Of a stretch of DNA of 38,227 bases, positions 16,734-28,104 are shown in pieces. The DNA is taken from contig DHQH01000079.1 of the NCBI GenBank assembly GCA_002410125.1, forward strand, positions 400 to 38,626, read 5' to 3'. Position numbers and translations under genes: made by a program. The first letter of the stretch is position 1. Each line of letters begins with the position of its first letter. The notes under the pieces were generated by a model that made no database searches, was not told where the DNA came from, and saw only the letters and a list, made by a program, of their open reading frames with translations. This DNA comes from Alphaproteobacteria bacterium UBA5343. GTDB taxonomy: Bacteria > Pseudomonadota > Alphaproteobacteria > RF32 > UBA5343.

Positions 16734-18875
16734 TTAGGAGTCTTCAAACTTTTGATAGTCTTGTTGAATACCTGTCTCTTGATTTATATTCTTAATAGTA
16801 AGTTTAATCTTACCTCTATTATCAACGCCAAGAACTTTAACAAAAGCTTTATCGCCTTCATTTAGATAATCAGTAACTTTTTCAGCTCTTTCATTTGAAA
16901 GTTCAGAAATATGTACTAAACCATCTCTACCCATAAAGTTAACAAAAGCACCAAAATCCATAATTTTAACAACTTTACCTTCATAGATATGACCAACTTC
17001 AGGTTCAGCCACAATACCGTGAATCCAATCAAGAGCTTTTTGACCATCTTCAGCATTAACAGCAGCAACAGAAATAATACCGTCATCGCTAATATCAATT
17101 TTACAACCAGTTTTTTCTGTGATTTCTCTGATTACTTTACCACCAGTACCAATCACTTCTCTGATTTTATCAGGATTGATTTTGATAGTTGTAATTCTAG
17201 GAGCATTTTCGCTAACAGTAGATCTACCTTCAGAAATAACACTATTCATATTTTCTAAAATAGTATTTCTACCTTCATTAGCTTGAGCTAATGCGATTTC
17301 CATAATTTCTTTAGTAATAGAAGTGATTTTAATATCCATTTGTAAAGCAGTAATACCATCTTTTGTACCAGCAACTTTAAAGTCCATATCACCAAGATGA
17401 TCTTCATCACCTAAAATATCAGAAAGAACTTGGAATTCACCACTTTCTTCTTTTATAAGACCCATAGCAATACCAGCAACAGGTTTTGTTAAAGGAACAC
17501 CAGCATCCATAAGAGACAATGAAGTACCACAAACAGTAGCCATAGAAGAAGAACCATTTGATTCCATAATCTCAGATACAGCTCTAATTGTATAAGGGAA
17601 TTTGTCTGCTGAAGGAAGCATAGGATGAATAGCTCTCCATGCTAATTTACCATGGCCGATTTCACGACGGCCAGGGGCTCCAACTCTACCACATTCACCA
17701 ACAGAATATGGAGGGAAGTTATAATGAAGCATAAACGGCTCTTTATATTCACCTGCAATCGCATCAATAACTTGTTCGTCTTGCCCAGTACCAAGAGTTG
17801 TAACAACTAAAGCCTGAGTTTCACCTCTAGTAAATAAACCAGAACCATGAACTTTAGGAAGAACACCAACTTCACATTCAATAGCTCTAACAGTTTTTGT
17901 ATCTCTACCGTCAATTCTAACTCCAGTTTTAATAACTGCAGAACGAACGATATTACTTTCTAGTTTTTTGAAAACACTAGCCGCAACTTTATGAGCCATT
18001 GCATTCTCTTCAGTTTCTTCACCTAAAGATGCTAGAGCTTTTTCCCATGCTGCAGCCACTTTTTTACCACGAGCCATTTTTTCTGTAGTTTTGAAAGCAT
18101 CGTCTAAATCAGCACCAATTAGTTTTTCAAAAGCAGTATATACTTCATCAAATTCTTTTGGTTGAGCAGGAGCTTCCCATTTTTCTTTTCCAGCTTCTTT
18201 TTCTAACTCTTTAATCATGCTAATTACTGGTTGGAATTTTTCAAAACCAAACATAACAGCATCAAGCATAACTTTTTCTGATAATTCGTGAGCTTCAGAT
18301 TCAACCATTAACACACCTTCTGTAGTACCAGCAACAGATAGGTTAAGTTTTGATTCTTCCATTTGAGCATTAGTTGGGTTAAGAACAAACTCTTCGTTAA
18401 TATAACCAACTTTAGCACCAGCAATAGGGCCCATAAATGGCACACCAGAAAGAGTAAGTGCAGCTGATGCACCAATCATAGCTAATGTTTCAGGTTCATT
18501 AGTTCCATCATAAGAAATCAATGTACAAACAACTTGTACTTCATTCTTAAAGTTGCTAGGGAATAATGGTCTAATAGGTCTATCAATAAGTCTTGATGTA
18601 AGAGTTTCTTTTTCACTTGGGCGACCTTCTCTTTTAAAGAAACCACCAGGGATTTTACCAGCAGAATAAGTTTTTTCTTGATAATTCACTGTTAATGGGA
18701 AGAAATCTTGTCCTTCTTTTTCTTCTTTAGCTGCAGATACAGCAACATGTACAACTGTTTCCCCCATTGTTACTAAAACAGAACCAGCAGCTTGTCTAGC
18801 AACCTTACCTGTTTCAATACTTAGCTTTTGACCATCCCAGTCTATTTCTTTCTTAACAACATTAAACATTGTCAT
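16734..18875 (-). CDS. pnp: Polyribonucleotide nucleotidyltransferase (PNPase)
   Basis: Two RNase PH domains, KH ([12 protein letters not shown]), S1 ([15 protein letters not shown]). Start re-called to the ATG at 18875 ([13 protein letters not shown]), with aaggaa 9-10 nt upstream. The 33-codon extension in the track has no homology logic. Confidence 0.95.
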   Translation of the reverse strand: MTMFNVVKKEIDWDGQKLSIETGKVARQAAGSVLVTMGETVVHVAVSAAKEEKEGQDFFPLTVNYQEKTYSAGKIPGGFFKREGRPSEKETLTSRLIDRPIRPLFPSNFKNEVQVVCTLISYDGTNEPETLAMIGASAALTLSGVPFMGPIAGAKVGYINEEFVLNPTNAQMEESKLNLSVAGTTEGVLMVESEAHELSEKVMLDAVMFGFEKFQPVISMIKELEKEAGKEKWEAPAQPKEFDEVYTAFEKLIGADLDDAFKTTEKMARGKKVAAAWEKALASLGEETEENAMAHKVAASVFKKLESNIVRSAVIKTGVRIDGRDTKTVRAIECEVGVLPKVHGSGLFTRGETQALVVTTLGTGQDEQVIDAIAGEYKEPFMLHYNFPPYSVGECGRVGAPGRREIGHGKLAWRAIHPMLPSADKFPYTIRAVSEIMESNGSSSMATVCGTSLSLMDAGVPLTKPVAGIAMGLIKEESGEFQVLSDILGDEDHLGDMDFKVAGTKDGITALQMDIKITSITKEIMEIALAQANEGRNTILENMNSVISEGRSTVSENAPRITTIKINPDKIREVIGTGGKVIREITEKTGCKIDISDDGIISVAAVNAEDGQKALDWIHGIVAEPEVGHIYEGKVVKIMDFGAFVNFMGRDGLVHISELSNERAEKVTDYLNEGDKAFVKVLGVDNRGKIKLTIKNINQETGIQQDYQKFEDS

Positions 18876-18976
18876 TATATTATTTTCCTTTTCTAAAATC
18901 GCAGCCGATTTATTATTTATTATCTTTTTTAATATTTCCAAGACAATGAATAATAAACCAGCTACATCTACCAAAA

Positions 18977-19037
18977 TTACATCACGATTGATGTAATAAA
19001 AGTCCGCATAAGTAAGAACTCATGCGGACTAAAAAAA
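18977..19037 (-). promoter_or_regulatory. rpsO-pnp intergenic hairpins (attenuator/processing-type structure)
   Basis: Hairpin agtccgcat/atgcggact (19001-19030) followed by tttatt on the minus strand, then a perfect hairpin ttacatca-cgat-tgatgtaa (18977-18996). This position matches the leader where pnp autoregulation occurs in other bacteria. Confidence 0.5.
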
Positions 19038-19307
19038 TTATTTTCTAAGACCAAGTTTCTTAATGATGTTTTGGTATCTAGATTCGTCTTTTTTCTTTAA
19101 GTAGTCTAAAAGTCTTCTTCTTTTACCAACTAATTTCATTAAACCAAGTCTACCATGGTGATCTTTGTGATGTTCTTTGAAATGTTCAGTTAAGTTAGAA
19201 ATTCTTGTAGAAAGAATTGCAATTTGAACTTCTGCAGAACCTGTATCACCATCTTTAGTAGCGAATTCTTTAATTAATTCTTGTTTTTTTTCATTTGTAA
19301 TCGACAT
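19038..19307 (-). CDS. rpsO: 30S ribosomal protein S15
   Basis: [15 protein letters not shown]...[28 protein letters not shown] at 19307 with aaggatatattg upstream. The track start at 19310 is TTG. Confidence 0.95.
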   Translation of the reverse strand: MSITNEKKQELIKEFATKDGDTGSAEVQIAILSTRISNLTEHFKEHHKDHHGRLGLMKLVGKRRRLLDYLKKKDESRYQNIIKKLGLRK

Positions 19308-19406
19308 CAATATATCCTTTTTAATTTATAATCTTGCCCAGCGATTGCTTCATCTCAAAGCCTGATAAACAACTATCGAAGTTCATCATCTCACAACAAA
19401 CCATTA

Positions 19407-20327
19407 CTAAGCAATGTTGAATACTTTAAAGGGATGCATAACATTGCCCTTTATTTTTATTAATGCTATTGGAGTATTTTCAAACATTGCAAAAGCAACA
19501 TTATCTTTAAGCTTAGCTTTATCAAATTTCAAATCATCTCTGATTCTAATTCTTTTACCTTGCTTTAATCCAACAGCCTCTACTTCATTTATGGCTAATA
19601 CCGCGATGTCGCGCAGTACAGTCTCTAAAGGAAGTAAAACTTCTTGCGAGTTGCCACCATAAGACAATTCTTCTAATTTTTCAAGTGTTATTGCATCGTC
19701 TGTATCAAAAGGAAGTGCTTTAGTTCTTCTAAGCTCTTTCACAAAGCAAATAGCTCCCAATTCGTAAGCAATATCACGAGCCAAAGACCTAACATAAGTT
19801 CCCTTTGAGCACTTAACTCTTAACTTAATACTGGTTTTATCAAATTTTTCAATAAAATCAAGGGAAAAAATCTCTATTTCTCTTTTTTTGATTTCAAATT
19901 CTTCGCCTTTTCTGGCTAAATCATAGGCTCTTTTTCCATCGATTTTAATTGCAGAAAATTTAGGTGGTGTTTGTTCTACTGTACCAATAAAGTTTGGAAT
20001 TATTTCTTTTATATTTTTTTCACTAGGAATAATATTTGATTTTTTTATAACTTCACCATCAATATCAAGACTATCAGTTTCTTTACCAAACTCCATAACA
20101 AACTCATATTCTTTTATTCCATCCATAACAAAAGATATGGTTTTTGTAGCTTCGCCAATCGCAATTGGTAAAATTCCTGTTGCAAAAGGGTCTAAAGTTC
20201 CACTATGTCCAGCTTTTTTTACATTGAGAAATCTTCTAACCATTCCCACAACTCTGTTTGAGGTCATGTCTTTGGGTTTGTCGATAATAACCCAACCGCT
20301 ATAATTATTTAGCTCTTTTTTACTCAT
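19407..20327 (-). CDS. truB: tRNA pseudouridine-55 synthase
   Basis: 306 aa. Catalytic motif HSGTLDPFATGILPIAIGEATK. Confidence 0.93.
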   Translation of the reverse strand: MSKKELNNYSGWVIIDKPKDMTSNRVVGMVRRFLNVKKAGHSGTLDPFATGILPIAIGEATKTISFVMDGIKEYEFVMEFGKETDSLDIDGEVIKKSNIIPSEKNIKEIIPNFIGTVEQTPPKFSAIKIDGKRAYDLARKGEEFEIKKREIEIFSLDFIEKFDKTSIKLRVKCSKGTYVRSLARDIAYELGAICFVKELRRTKALPFDTDDAITLEKLEELSYGGNSQEVLLPLETVLRDIAVLAINEVEAVGLKQGKRIRIRDDLKFDKAKLKDNVAFAMFENTPIALIKIKGNVMHPFKVFNIA

Positions 20328-20718
20328 CGTCAGTTTTTGCTAAATCTTCAGCAACTTTGGGATTTCTAAGTAGAGATTCGATTCTAAATGCTTCATCAAA
20401 GCTGTCATCTTTATAAAATTTAATTTCAGGGGTGAATTTACTCACCATATTTTTACCTAATTGCTTTCTAACATAACCCTTAGATTCATTAAGTCCTAAA
20501 ACAATTTCATCAATTCTATCACCATTAAAAGTGATAACAAATATTTTAGCATTTTTAAGATCCGCAGAAATTCTAACTTCGGTAACCGTAATTACTTTAC
20601 CTTCAATTTCTGGGTTTCTAATATCGCCTCTTTCAAAAATACCAGAAACGATCCTTTTAATTTCTTCACCAACCCTAAGCTGTCTTTGAGTTGGTTCTTT
20701 ACTTTGATTCTTTCTCAT
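20320..20718 (-). CDS. rbfA: Ribosome-binding factor A
   Basis: 132 aa. RQLRVGEEIKRIVSGIF...ITVTEVRISADLKNAKIF pattern. Lies between infB and truB, with an 8-nt overlap with truB. Confidence 0.9.
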   Translation of the reverse strand: MRKNQSKEPTQRQLRVGEEIKRIVSGIFERGDIRNPEIEGKVITVTEVRISADLKNAKIFVITFNGDRIDEIVLGLNESKGYVRKQLGKNMVSKFTPEIKFYKDDSFDEAFRIESLLRNPKVAEDLAKTDDE

Positions 20719-20721
20719 AGA

Positions 20722-23154
20722 TTAGATCTCTTTATCTTCCAAAGTTACCTTGATTTCTTCAATTTCATAACATTCAATAAAGTCACCTTTTTGAATATCA
20801 TTATAATTTTCAAATGACATACCACATTCATAACCTTCTTTAACTTCTTTTTGGTCATCTTTAAATCGTTTTAATTGACCAAGAGTTCCATCATGAATAA
20901 CCACATTATCACGAAGAAGTCTAACTTTAGCACCTCTCTTAACAACACCTTCTGTTACCATACAACCAGCAACCTTACCAACTTTAGTAATGTTAAATAC
21001 ATCTCTGATTTCCGAGTAACCAATAATATTTTCTTTTAATTCAGGTGTAAGCATACCCTCTAATGCAAGTTTAATATCATCAGCTAAATCATAAATGATA
21101 GAGTAATATCTAATATCAATACCTTCTCTTTTTGCCATAGCTCTTGCTTGAGGATTTGCTCTAACATTGAAACCAAGTACTAAAGCATGTGATGCTTTTG
21201 CAAGTGTAATATCAGATTCGTTAATTCCACCAACAGCTGAGTGAAGAACAGATACTTTAACTTCTTTATTAGCCATTTTTTCTAATGTACCAATAATAGC
21301 TTCAACTGAACCTTGAACATCACCTTTAATAATGATTGGTAAAGATTTAACTTCACCAGATTTAATCTTGTCAAACATTTGTTCCATTGCCGTTTTTGCA
21401 GATTTAACAGATAATGCCTGTCTTTCTTTTCTTTGACGATATTCAGCAACTTCACGAGCTTTAGCTTCCGTTTCAACTACAATAAAATCATCACCTGCAG
21501 ATGGTGTCCCTTGTAATCCTAAAACCTCAGCAGGAACAGCAGGTTCAGCATTCTTAATATGCTCACCTTTTTCTGTTAATAATGCTCTCACTCTACCCCA
21601 TTCTTTACCGGTAACAAAGATATCACCAATTTTAAGAGTACCTTTTTGAACTAACACGGTTGCAACACTACCCCTACCTTTTTCCATCTTAGCCTCAACA
21701 ACTACACCTTCTGCTTTTCTATTAGGATTTGCTTTAAGGTCTAAAATTTCTGATTGTAAAACGATGGCTTCAACTAGTTTATTAAGATTAGTTCTTTGCT
21801 TTGCAGAAACTTCTGCACATAAAATTTCACCACCCATTTCTTCAACTACTAATTCATGGCTAAGTAGCTCTGTTTTTACTCTGTTTGGATCTGCACCAGG
21901 TACATCCATTTTATTAATCGCAACCACAATTGGAACTCCAGCAGCTTTTGCGTGAGTTATAGCTTCAATTGTTTGTGGCATAATACCGTCATTTGCAGCA
22001 ACAACTAATACTACAATATCTGTAACTTGTGCCCCACGAGATCTCATTTCTGTAAAAGCAGCGTGACCAGGAGTATCAATGAAAGTAATTTTTTTATTGC
22101 CATCAACCATAATTTGATAAGCACCAATATGCTGTGTAATACCACCAGCTTCACCCTCAGCAATATTTGTTTCTTTTAATGCATCAAGTAGAGATGTTTT
22201 ACCATGATCCACATGTCCCATAATAGTCACAACAGGAGCCCTTGATACTAAATCTTTTTCATCATCTTCAACTGATTTAATCTGATCTTCAATATCACTA
22301 TCCGCAACTCTTCTAAATTTATGCCCCATTTCTTCAACAACAATTTGTGCAGTGTCAGCATCAATTGGTTGGTTAATGGTTGCCATAACACCAAGTCCCA
22401 TTAGTTTTTTTATCACATCAGCACTTTTTGCACTCATTCTATTTGCTAATTCTTGAACCGTAATAGTTTCAGGGATAACAACTTCTCTTTTAACATTTTC
22501 ACCTTGAGATAATTGTTGTTGGTGTTTTTGTTTTTCTTTCTTTCTAGCTCTTTTAATAGAAGCAAGAGATCTATGTCTTTGTTCTTGCCATTCATCATCT
22601 TCATTAATGTCATAAATTGAAATTTTTGCTTCTCTTCTTCTATCTTCTCCGCCTTTTTTGCTTACTTTTTTCTTAGCTTCTTCTTCCCAAGTTTCGTTAT
22701 CTTTTTTAGTAGATCCTTTATGATCTCTACCGCCTTCTTTGTTTGGGTTTACAACTTTTCCTTCTTCTTTTTCTGAAGATGTTTGAACTGTCGATTTTGT
22801 TATTGTCTTTTCTTGTTTTTTATCTTTAGTTTTTTGCTCTGAAACAGTTTCTTTTCTAGTTTCTTTCTTCTCTTGGTCTTTTTGAGCTTCTTTTTCTTTT
22901 TGAGCTAATTCTCTTTTATTTCTTTCTTTAGCTTCTTGAGCCTCTTTATGTTTAGCTTCTTGTAGTAATTTTAATTTAGCCGCTTTTTCACTATCCATTT
23001 GTGTATCAGCCACACTCTTACTACCAGTAACAACTCTTTTCTTTCTAACTTCAACTTTAATGCTATTAGATTTTTTATGAGAAGCAGCACCAACATTTGC
23101 TTTTAATGTTAGTTTACCTTTGCCAGACAATGTTAATTTTTTTTCTTCAGCCAT
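20722..23154 (-). CDS. infB: Translation initiation factor IF-2
   Basis: 810 aa. K/E-rich N-terminus. G domain [21 protein letters not shown]. Confidence 0.97.
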   Translation of the reverse strand: MAEEKKLTLSGKGKLTLKANVGAASHKKSNSIKVEVRKKRVVTGSKSVADTQMDSEKAAKLKLLQEAKHKEAQEAKERNKRELAQKEKEAQKDQEKKETRKETVSEQKTKDKKQEKTITKSTVQTSSEKEEGKVVNPNKEGGRDHKGSTKKDNETWEEEAKKKVSKKGGEDRRREAKISIYDINEDDEWQEQRHRSLASIKRARKKEKQKHQQQLSQGENVKREVVIPETITVQELANRMSAKSADVIKKLMGLGVMATINQPIDADTAQIVVEEMGHKFRRVADSDIEDQIKSVEDDEKDLVSRAPVVTIMGHVDHGKTSLLDALKETNIAEGEAGGITQHIGAYQIMVDGNKKITFIDTPGHAAFTEMRSRGAQVTDIVVLVVAANDGIMPQTIEAITHAKAAGVPIVVAINKMDVPGADPNRVKTELLSHELVVEEMGGEILCAEVSAKQRTNLNKLVEAIVLQSEILDLKANPNRKAEGVVVEAKMEKGRGSVATVLVQKGTLKIGDIFVTGKEWGRVRALLTEKGEHIKNAEPAVPAEVLGLQGTPSAGDDFIVVETEAKAREVAEYRQRKERQALSVKSAKTAMEQMFDKIKSGEVKSLPIIIKGDVQGSVEAIIGTLEKMANKEVKVSVLHSAVGGINESDITLAKASHALVLGFNVRANPQARAMAKREGIDIRYYSIIYDLADDIKLALEGMLTPELKENIIGYSEIRDVFNITKVGKVAGCMVTEGVVKRGAKVRLLRDNVVIHDGTLGQLKRFKDDQKEVKEGYECGMSFENYNDIQKGDFIECYEIEEIKVTLEDKEI

Positions 23155-23196
23155 TTTCTAAAATATCCTCGATAATGATTTTAATTCCTTTTACCA

Positions 23197-23709
23197 CTAA
23201 TTTTCAAAAAAATCCAACGATTCTATCAATTTTAATAAATTAGTGGCTATTTTACCTTTCAATAAAGCAATATGAACAGTATTTTCTTTAGCTAATATTC
23301 TATCTAATTCATCAATACTAAAAACTTCAAACTGCCTAACATTATTAGTTTTTATCTTATCTTTGCCAGCTTTGCTCCCATCTTTTGCTGAGATTATAAA
23401 TTCTATTTTTGTAGACTTTGACTTAATCTTGTCAAATCCACAAATCAGGCTACCACTCTTATTAGCCAAGCTAATCATTCCAGCAATCTGCTTTTTCAAA
23501 CTCTCTTCAATTTTTTGAACCATATCATCAGCAATTTTTATATCATCACCAAATGCTTCAAAAAATCTTCCTTCTTCAATCGCCGCTATAATAGATTTTT
23601 TATTAGCTTCAATTAAAACACCTTCAGCTTCAATCTTATTAAAAATATCAGCTATCAGATAATTGTCAGGAGAAACAACAAATTTTAACATTTTTGTTTT
23701 ATCGGTCAT
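23197..23709 (-). CDS. YlxR(DUF448)-like plus L7Ae-like RNA-binding protein of the nusA-infB operon, N-terminal part degenerate
   Basis: Lies between nusA and infB. C-terminal half (SLANKSGSLICGFDKI...FIISAKDGS) resembles the L7Ae/YlxQ-like module. The N-terminal half lacks the RxCxxC and GRGAY motifs of YlxR. ATG at 23709 preceded by AAGGAGttgggagaa. Confidence 0.6.
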   Translation of the reverse strand: MTDKTKMLKFVVSPDNYLIADIFNKIEAEGVLIEANKKSIIAAIEEGRFFEAFGDDIKIADDMVQKIEESLKKQIAGMISLANKSGSLICGFDKIKSKSTKIEFIISAKDGSKAGKDKIKTNNVRQFEVFSIDELDRILAKENTVHIALLKGKIATNLLKLIESLDFFEN

Positions 23710-23736
23710 TTCTCCCAACTCCTTTACTCAAGCGAT

Positions 23737-25287
23737 TTATTTTTCGCTTGTTTCTTCTTTTGCATCAGAATTAGCTTGTTCTTCTTCATCAAACCAATGT
23801 TGACGAGCAGCCATAATAATGTCATTTGCTTCCGCATTAGTAAGAGTATCTTCACCTAAGATTTCAATTAGCTCATCACTAGCAAGATCTCCTAAATCAT
23901 CCAATGTTTTAACCTTTGCTTCTGCAAGTTTAATAAGCATCATTTGGTCTAAACCATTAATACCAAGTAATTCTTCACTAATACCAAGCTCTTCTTGTTT
24001 TTTACTAAATTCTTCATTTCTATTTTTAACAAATTCTAAAGCTCTGTTTTGAAGTTCTTGAGCGACATCTTCATCAAAACCTTCAATAGAAGCAATCTCT
24101 GCTAAATCAATTAATGCAACATCATCAATTGTTGAGAAACCTTCTGCAACAAGTAAGTGAGCAATCATATCATCAACATCCAATGCATCAATAAATCTTT
24201 GAGCTTTAAGTTTAGTTTCAGCTTGTCTCTTCTCTGCATCTTGAGTTTCAGATAAAATATCAATATCTTTACCGGTAAGTCCAGCAGCAAGTCTTACATT
24301 TTGACCTCTTCTACCAATTGCAAGTGATAATTGGTCATCAGCCACCACAACTTCAATTTTGTTTTTATCTTCATCAATAACCACTTTTTGAACATCTGTA
24401 GGAGACATGGTGCTAACGATAAATTGAGCCATATCAGGAGACCATTTAACAATGTCAACTTTCTCGCCTTGAAGCTCATTAACAACAGCTTGAACTCTAA
24501 CACCTCTAAGTCCAACACAAGCACCAACTGGGTCAATAGAACTATCATTAGATGTAACCGCAATCTTAGCTTTAGAACCAGGATCTCTTGATACACCTTT
24601 AATTTCTACAATACCATCATAAATTTCAGGAACTTCTTGTTTAAACAAGCTAGCCATAAATTCAGGACATGTTCTAGATAAGAAAATTTGCGGACCTCTA
24701 TTTTCTTTTCTAACATCAATGATATAAGCTCTAATTCTATCTCCATTAGAAAATCTTTCTTTTGGTATAATTTCATCTCTTCTAAGTATTGCTTCAGCTC
24801 TACCTAAATCAATAATTGCATTACCAAATTCGATTCTTTTAATAACACCATTAACAACTTGACCTACTTTGTCTTGGAATTCTTCAAATTGTTTATTTCT
24901 CTCAGCTTCTCTCACTCTTTGAGTGATAACTTGCTTAGCTGTTTGAGCCGCAATTCTACCAAAATCAATTGGAGGTAAACTATTAGTTATAAACTCACCA
25001 ACTTGAATATCTCTTTCAATTCTTTTTGCTTCTTCTAATGTGATTTGAGTAGCTTGATTTTCAACTTCTTCAACTACTTCAATATATCTCATTAGCTTGA
25101 TTTCACCATTTTTCCTGTCAATGCTAGCTCTAATGTCATGCTCTAAGCCATATTTAGATCTACCAGCTTTTTCAATAGCTGTTTCCATTGCTATAAAAAC
25201 ATCTTCTTTCTCAATGTTTTTTTCTCTAGCAACAGTATCTGCTACCATAATTAATTCAGGTCTTGGTAAAGCTGCTTTTTGTGTCAT
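23737..25287 (-). CDS. nusA: Transcription termination/antitermination factor NusA
   Basis: 516 aa. N-terminal domain, S1, two KH (GRRGQNVRLAAGLTG), acidic C-terminal HhH repeats. Confidence 0.96.
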   Translation of the reverse strand: MTQKAALPRPELIMVADTVAREKNIEKEDVFIAMETAIEKAGRSKYGLEHDIRASIDRKNGEIKLMRYIEVVEEVENQATQITLEEAKRIERDIQVGEFITNSLPPIDFGRIAAQTAKQVITQRVREAERNKQFEEFQDKVGQVVNGVIKRIEFGNAIIDLGRAEAILRRDEIIPKERFSNGDRIRAYIIDVRKENRGPQIFLSRTCPEFMASLFKQEVPEIYDGIVEIKGVSRDPGSKAKIAVTSNDSSIDPVGACVGLRGVRVQAVVNELQGEKVDIVKWSPDMAQFIVSTMSPTDVQKVVIDEDKNKIEVVVADDQLSLAIGRRGQNVRLAAGLTGKDIDILSETQDAEKRQAETKLKAQRFIDALDVDDMIAHLLVAEGFSTIDDVALIDLAEIASIEGFDEDVAQELQNRALEFVKNRNEEFSKKQEELGISEELLGINGLDQMMLIKLAEAKVKTLDDLGDLASDELIEILGEDTLTNAEANDIIMAARQHWFDEEEQANSDAKEETSEK

Positions 25288-25289
25288 TT

Positions 25290-25775
25290 TTATATTCCTT
25301 CTTTACTATCTTTAATTAATTTATCTGTTAAAACTAGTTTTGCCTTTGAAACTTCATCAAAAGGTAATTCAAAATCTTCACCATCAACTTCGATTAAAAG
25401 ATTTTCTTCGCTAATACCTTTTAAGATGCCTCTAAATCTCTTTCTATTATCTATCAAGTTAGCGAGTTCAACTTTTGCTTCATATCCTGCAAATCTCTCA
25501 AAATGATTTAATTTTGTAAGAGGTCTGTCAATTCCAGGAGAGCTAACTTCTAAAACATATTCTTTTGTGATTGGGTCTTCCACATCAATACTTGCAGATA
25601 TTGCTCTTGATGCTCTAGCAATTCTATCAATATCGATCGCTTTTCTATTAGTGTTTTCAATTAAAATCTGTAAAGTATTTTTCTCATCATTTAGAAAGGC
25701 TATCTTCACAATCTCAATATCCATATCTAAAAGAACAGGCTCAATTATCGATTCTATTTTTTGTTCTAAATTCAT
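25290..25775 (-). CDS. rimP: Ribosome maturation factor RimP
   Basis: 161 aa. YVLEVSSPGIDRPL motif. Immediately upstream of nusA. Confidence 0.9.
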   Translation of the reverse strand: MNLEQKIESIIEPVLLDMDIEIVKIAFLNDEKNTLQILIENTNRKAIDIDRIARASRAISASIDVEDPITKEYVLEVSSPGIDRPLTKLNHFERFAGYEAKVELANLIDNRKRFRGILKGISEENLLIEVDGEDFELPFDEVSKAKLVLTDKLIKDSKEGI

Positions 25776-25816
25776 TTCTTTATTTCTCTTAAGTTATAAG
25801 GCTTAATTTTGGTATT

Positions 25817-25843
25817 AAAAAAAGCGGGTCTTCGCAGACCCAC
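25817..25843 (-). terminator. Intrinsic terminator after trmB
   Basis: Minus-strand gtgggtct-gcga-agacccgc (8 bp including one G-U) followed by ttttttt. Confidence 0.75.
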
Positions 25844-25917
25844 TTTTAAGAATTCTCAAAAGTATTTGTAATCAATATACATAAAAAAAATAAAAAATCC
25901 AGTATTTTTTTATTGAA

Positions 25918-26658
25918 TTATTTAATTTTTTTATAATCCAAATAGAATGGCTTTCTACCTTCTCTTCTTGCTTTTTGTTCATACCTAGTATTCACCCAAT
26001 CTTTAGGAGGCTTACTCCAGTCTGATGCTTTCTTAGCACTCCACTCAAAGTCTTTATGTTTAGATAACTGATATAAGCTCCATCTCACATAGTTTCTATC
26101 ATCACTAACCACTCGTAAAAGACCGTCTTTTTTTAGGATTCTTGAAAATACATCTAAGTTTTCTTCAATAATCATTCTGCGATTCGCATGTTTTTTCTTT
26201 GGCCATGGGTCAGGAAATAAAACAAATAATTTACTAATGCTTCCATCAGGAATTGCATTTAATAATCTTCTTACATCTTCAGAAAACACTCTTACATTAT
26301 CAACACGGTCCTGCTCTAATTTGCCATCATATTTAGTGCCGTCCTCATAACACCCAGTTAAATGGGCAAGTAGGCTTGCAACACCATTAATGAAAACTTC
26401 ACACCCAATAATACCAATATCTTTATTCTTCAAAGATTGCCCAGCAAGATGTTCTCCGCCGCCAAAACCAATCTCTAACCAATATTCCTTAGCATTAATA
26501 TTATTAAACATTTCATCAAGGTTAACTTCATCACCTTCATTTGGTCTGGCAATATTGATTTTAGGTAAAAATTCTTCCACTAGTTTCTTCCTAGTATTAT
26601 GAAGAGTTTTACCTTTTCTTCTTCCATAAAATTTTATTGCTGATAAATCAAATTTCAT
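25918..26658 (-). CDS. trmB: tRNA (guanine46-N7)-methyltransferase
   Basis: 246 aa. SAM-binding EIGFGGGEHL and signature FPDPWPKKKHANRR. Confidence 0.9.
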   Translation of the reverse strand: MKFDLSAIKFYGRRKGKTLHNTRKKLVEEFLPKINIARPNEGDEVNLDEMFNNINAKEYWLEIGFGGGEHLAGQSLKNKDIGIIGCEVFINGVASLLAHLTGCYEDGTKYDGKLEQDRVDNVRVFSEDVRRLLNAIPDGSISKLFVLFPDPWPKKKHANRRMIIEENLDVFSRILKKDGLLRVVSDDRNYVRWSLYQLSKHKDFEWSAKKASDWSKPPKDWVNTRYEQKARREGRKPFYLDYKKIK

Positions 26659-26661
26659 ATT

Positions 26662-27831
26662 TTATAAGTTCTTCTTTAGTGTCTCAACAAGATCAGTTTT
26701 TTCCCAGCTAAATAAATCTTTCTCTGCAAATCTACCAAAATGACCATAAGCAGATGTTGGGGTATAAATAGGTCTATTAAGATTTAAATGAGTGATAATT
26801 CCTTTAGGGGATAAATCAACCACTTCATTTAATACTTTTGCTAATTTTTCTTCATCAACCTCAGCAGTCTTATTACAATCCACAAAAACTGATAAAGGTT
26901 TAGCAACGCCAATTGCATAAGATAACTGGATTAGACATTCTTTAGCTACTCCGCTTGCAACAATATTTTTAGCCAAATATCTCGACATATAAGCAGCAGA
27001 TCTATCAACTTTTGTTGCATCTTTTCCAGAAAAAGCACCACCACCATGAGGAGCATAACCACCATATGTATCAACAATAATTTTTCTACCTGTCAAACCA
27101 GTATCTCCATCAGGGCCACCAATTACAAATTTACCAGTTGGGTTCACAAAAAACTTATCTTCATCAACCATCCACCCATCAGGTAAAACATCTAAAACAT
27201 AAGGTCTAACAATTTCTCTAACATCACCTTGTGATAACTCTTCACTATGTTGAGTTGATACCACAATTGCATCCGCTCTAACAGCTTTACCATTATGATA
27301 TTCTAAGGTAACTTGGCTTTTTGAATCTGGCATAATTCCTTCTAGCTTTCCAGCTTTTCTATCTTTTGCCATATTTTCTAATATTCTATGAGAAAGAGAT
27401 ATTGCTGCAGGCATTAGATGATCTTCATAACCATCACCTAAATGCTCATCTTTAGCATAACCAAACATAATTCCTTGATCGCCAGCACCATTAACATCAA
27501 CACCCATTGCAATATCAGTTGATTGAGCATGGATATTATTCATAATTTCAACATTAGCCCAATGGAAGTTTTCTTGTTCATAGCCAACATCTTTAATAGC
27601 TTTTCTCACTTCATTTTTAATCTCTGCATTAGACACATTTTCACTACATCTAACTTCACCGGCTAAAAATACCTTATTTGTCGTTACCATCGTTTCAATT
27701 GCAACTCTAGAATTAGCATCTTTACTTACATAATAATCAAGTAAGCTATCAGATATTCTATCGCATAATTTATCAGGATGTCCTTCAGACACAGATTCAC
27801 TTGTAAATAGGTATTTTTCTTTTTCAGTCAT
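26662..27831 (-). CDS. metK: S-adenosylmethionine synthetase
   Basis: 389 aa. [38 protein letters not shown]. Confidence 0.97.
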   Translation of the reverse strand: MTEKEKYLFTSESVSEGHPDKLCDRISDSLLDYYVSKDANSRVAIETMVTTNKVFLAGEVRCSENVSNAEIKNEVRKAIKDVGYEQENFHWANVEIMNNIHAQSTDIAMGVDVNGAGDQGIMFGYAKDEHLGDGYEDHLMPAAISLSHRILENMAKDRKAGKLEGIMPDSKSQVTLEYHNGKAVRADAIVVSTQHSEELSQGDVREIVRPYVLDVLPDGWMVDEDKFFVNPTGKFVIGGPDGDTGLTGRKIIVDTYGGYAPHGGGAFSGKDATKVDRSAAYMSRYLAKNIVASGVAKECLIQLSYAIGVAKPLSVFVDCNKTAEVDEEKLAKVLNEVVDLSPKGIITHLNLNRPIYTPTSAYGHFGRFAEKDLFSWEKTDLVETLKKNL

Positions 27832-27861
27832 ATTGTTTTTTCTCCATTTCTAACGCACATA

Positions 27862-27889
27862 ATCATAGATAAAAAACCTCAATTGTCAA
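27862..27889 (-). promoter_or_regulatory. Candidate sigma70-type promoter of metK
   Basis: Minus strand TTGACA (27889-27884), 16-nt spacer, TATGAT (27867-27862). Leader of about 25-30 nt containing ggaga. Confidence 0.45.
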
Positions 27890-27896
27890 TTGGCAT

Positions 27897-27922
27897 AAAA
27901 AAAGCCGGTGCATACACCGACT
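27897..27922 (-). terminator. Intrinsic terminator closing the XRE-gene transcript (after repeat copy 3)
   Basis: Minus-strand agtcggtg-tatg-caccggct (8 bp including one G-U) followed by ttttttt. Confidence 0.75.
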
Positions 27923-27956
27923 TTAATTTATTATTGAGTTTAACTACTGTCTCCAA

Positions 27957-28104
27957 TCTGAAGTCTTTTGTGCTTCATTCCTGCCTGAAATATTTTGTGC
28001 CAATAGAAGTAAATTCAATTTTAGCCAAGCACTTCTCATACAAGTAGTATTTGAATGTGTTTGACTATAAATTAATTTGCAATTAGTGGTGCAAAAGATG
28101 AGGG
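27957..28104. repeat. Dispersed intergenic element, copy 3 (core with partial internal duplication, short second module)
   Basis: Core gcctgaaatattttgtgccaatagaagt (27983-28010) matches 25/28 to the 38138 copy. It is preceded by a partial duplicate tctgaagtcttttgtgcttc. The downstream part aligns with 38166-38227. A short hairpin tttgca/tgcaaa replaces the attttgc/gcaaaat hairpin. Abuts the stop codon at 28105. Confidence 0.7.

Noticed and set aside
16734-18974. Long N-terminal extensions in the six-frame ORFs of pnp, miaB (to 33968), phoH (to 32548), ybeY (to 31569), yggT (from 35861), TerB-like (from 34584), rpsO, ylxR-like and Sel1 (13228)
   Set aside because: The extensions begin at TTG/GTG or lack an SD. 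They overlap upstream genes or terminators and precede the conserved family N-termini. Internal ATGs with SDs fit better, and I re-called the starts accordingly.
25844-25917. Possible fifth, degenerate copy of the dispersed element between the trmB stop and its terminator
   Set aside because: Only a short, weak resemblance (aagtatttgtaatcaatatac vs aagtattttgtgcgaatagaag). This cannot be distinguished from chance in AT-rich sequence without statistics.
27832-27900. SAM riboswitch in the metK leader
   Set aside because: A good TTGACA-16-TATGAT promoter leaves a leader of only about 25-30 nt, too short for any SAM riboswitch class. The hairpin at 27897-27922 lies upstream of that promoter and fits as the terminator of the XRE transcript.
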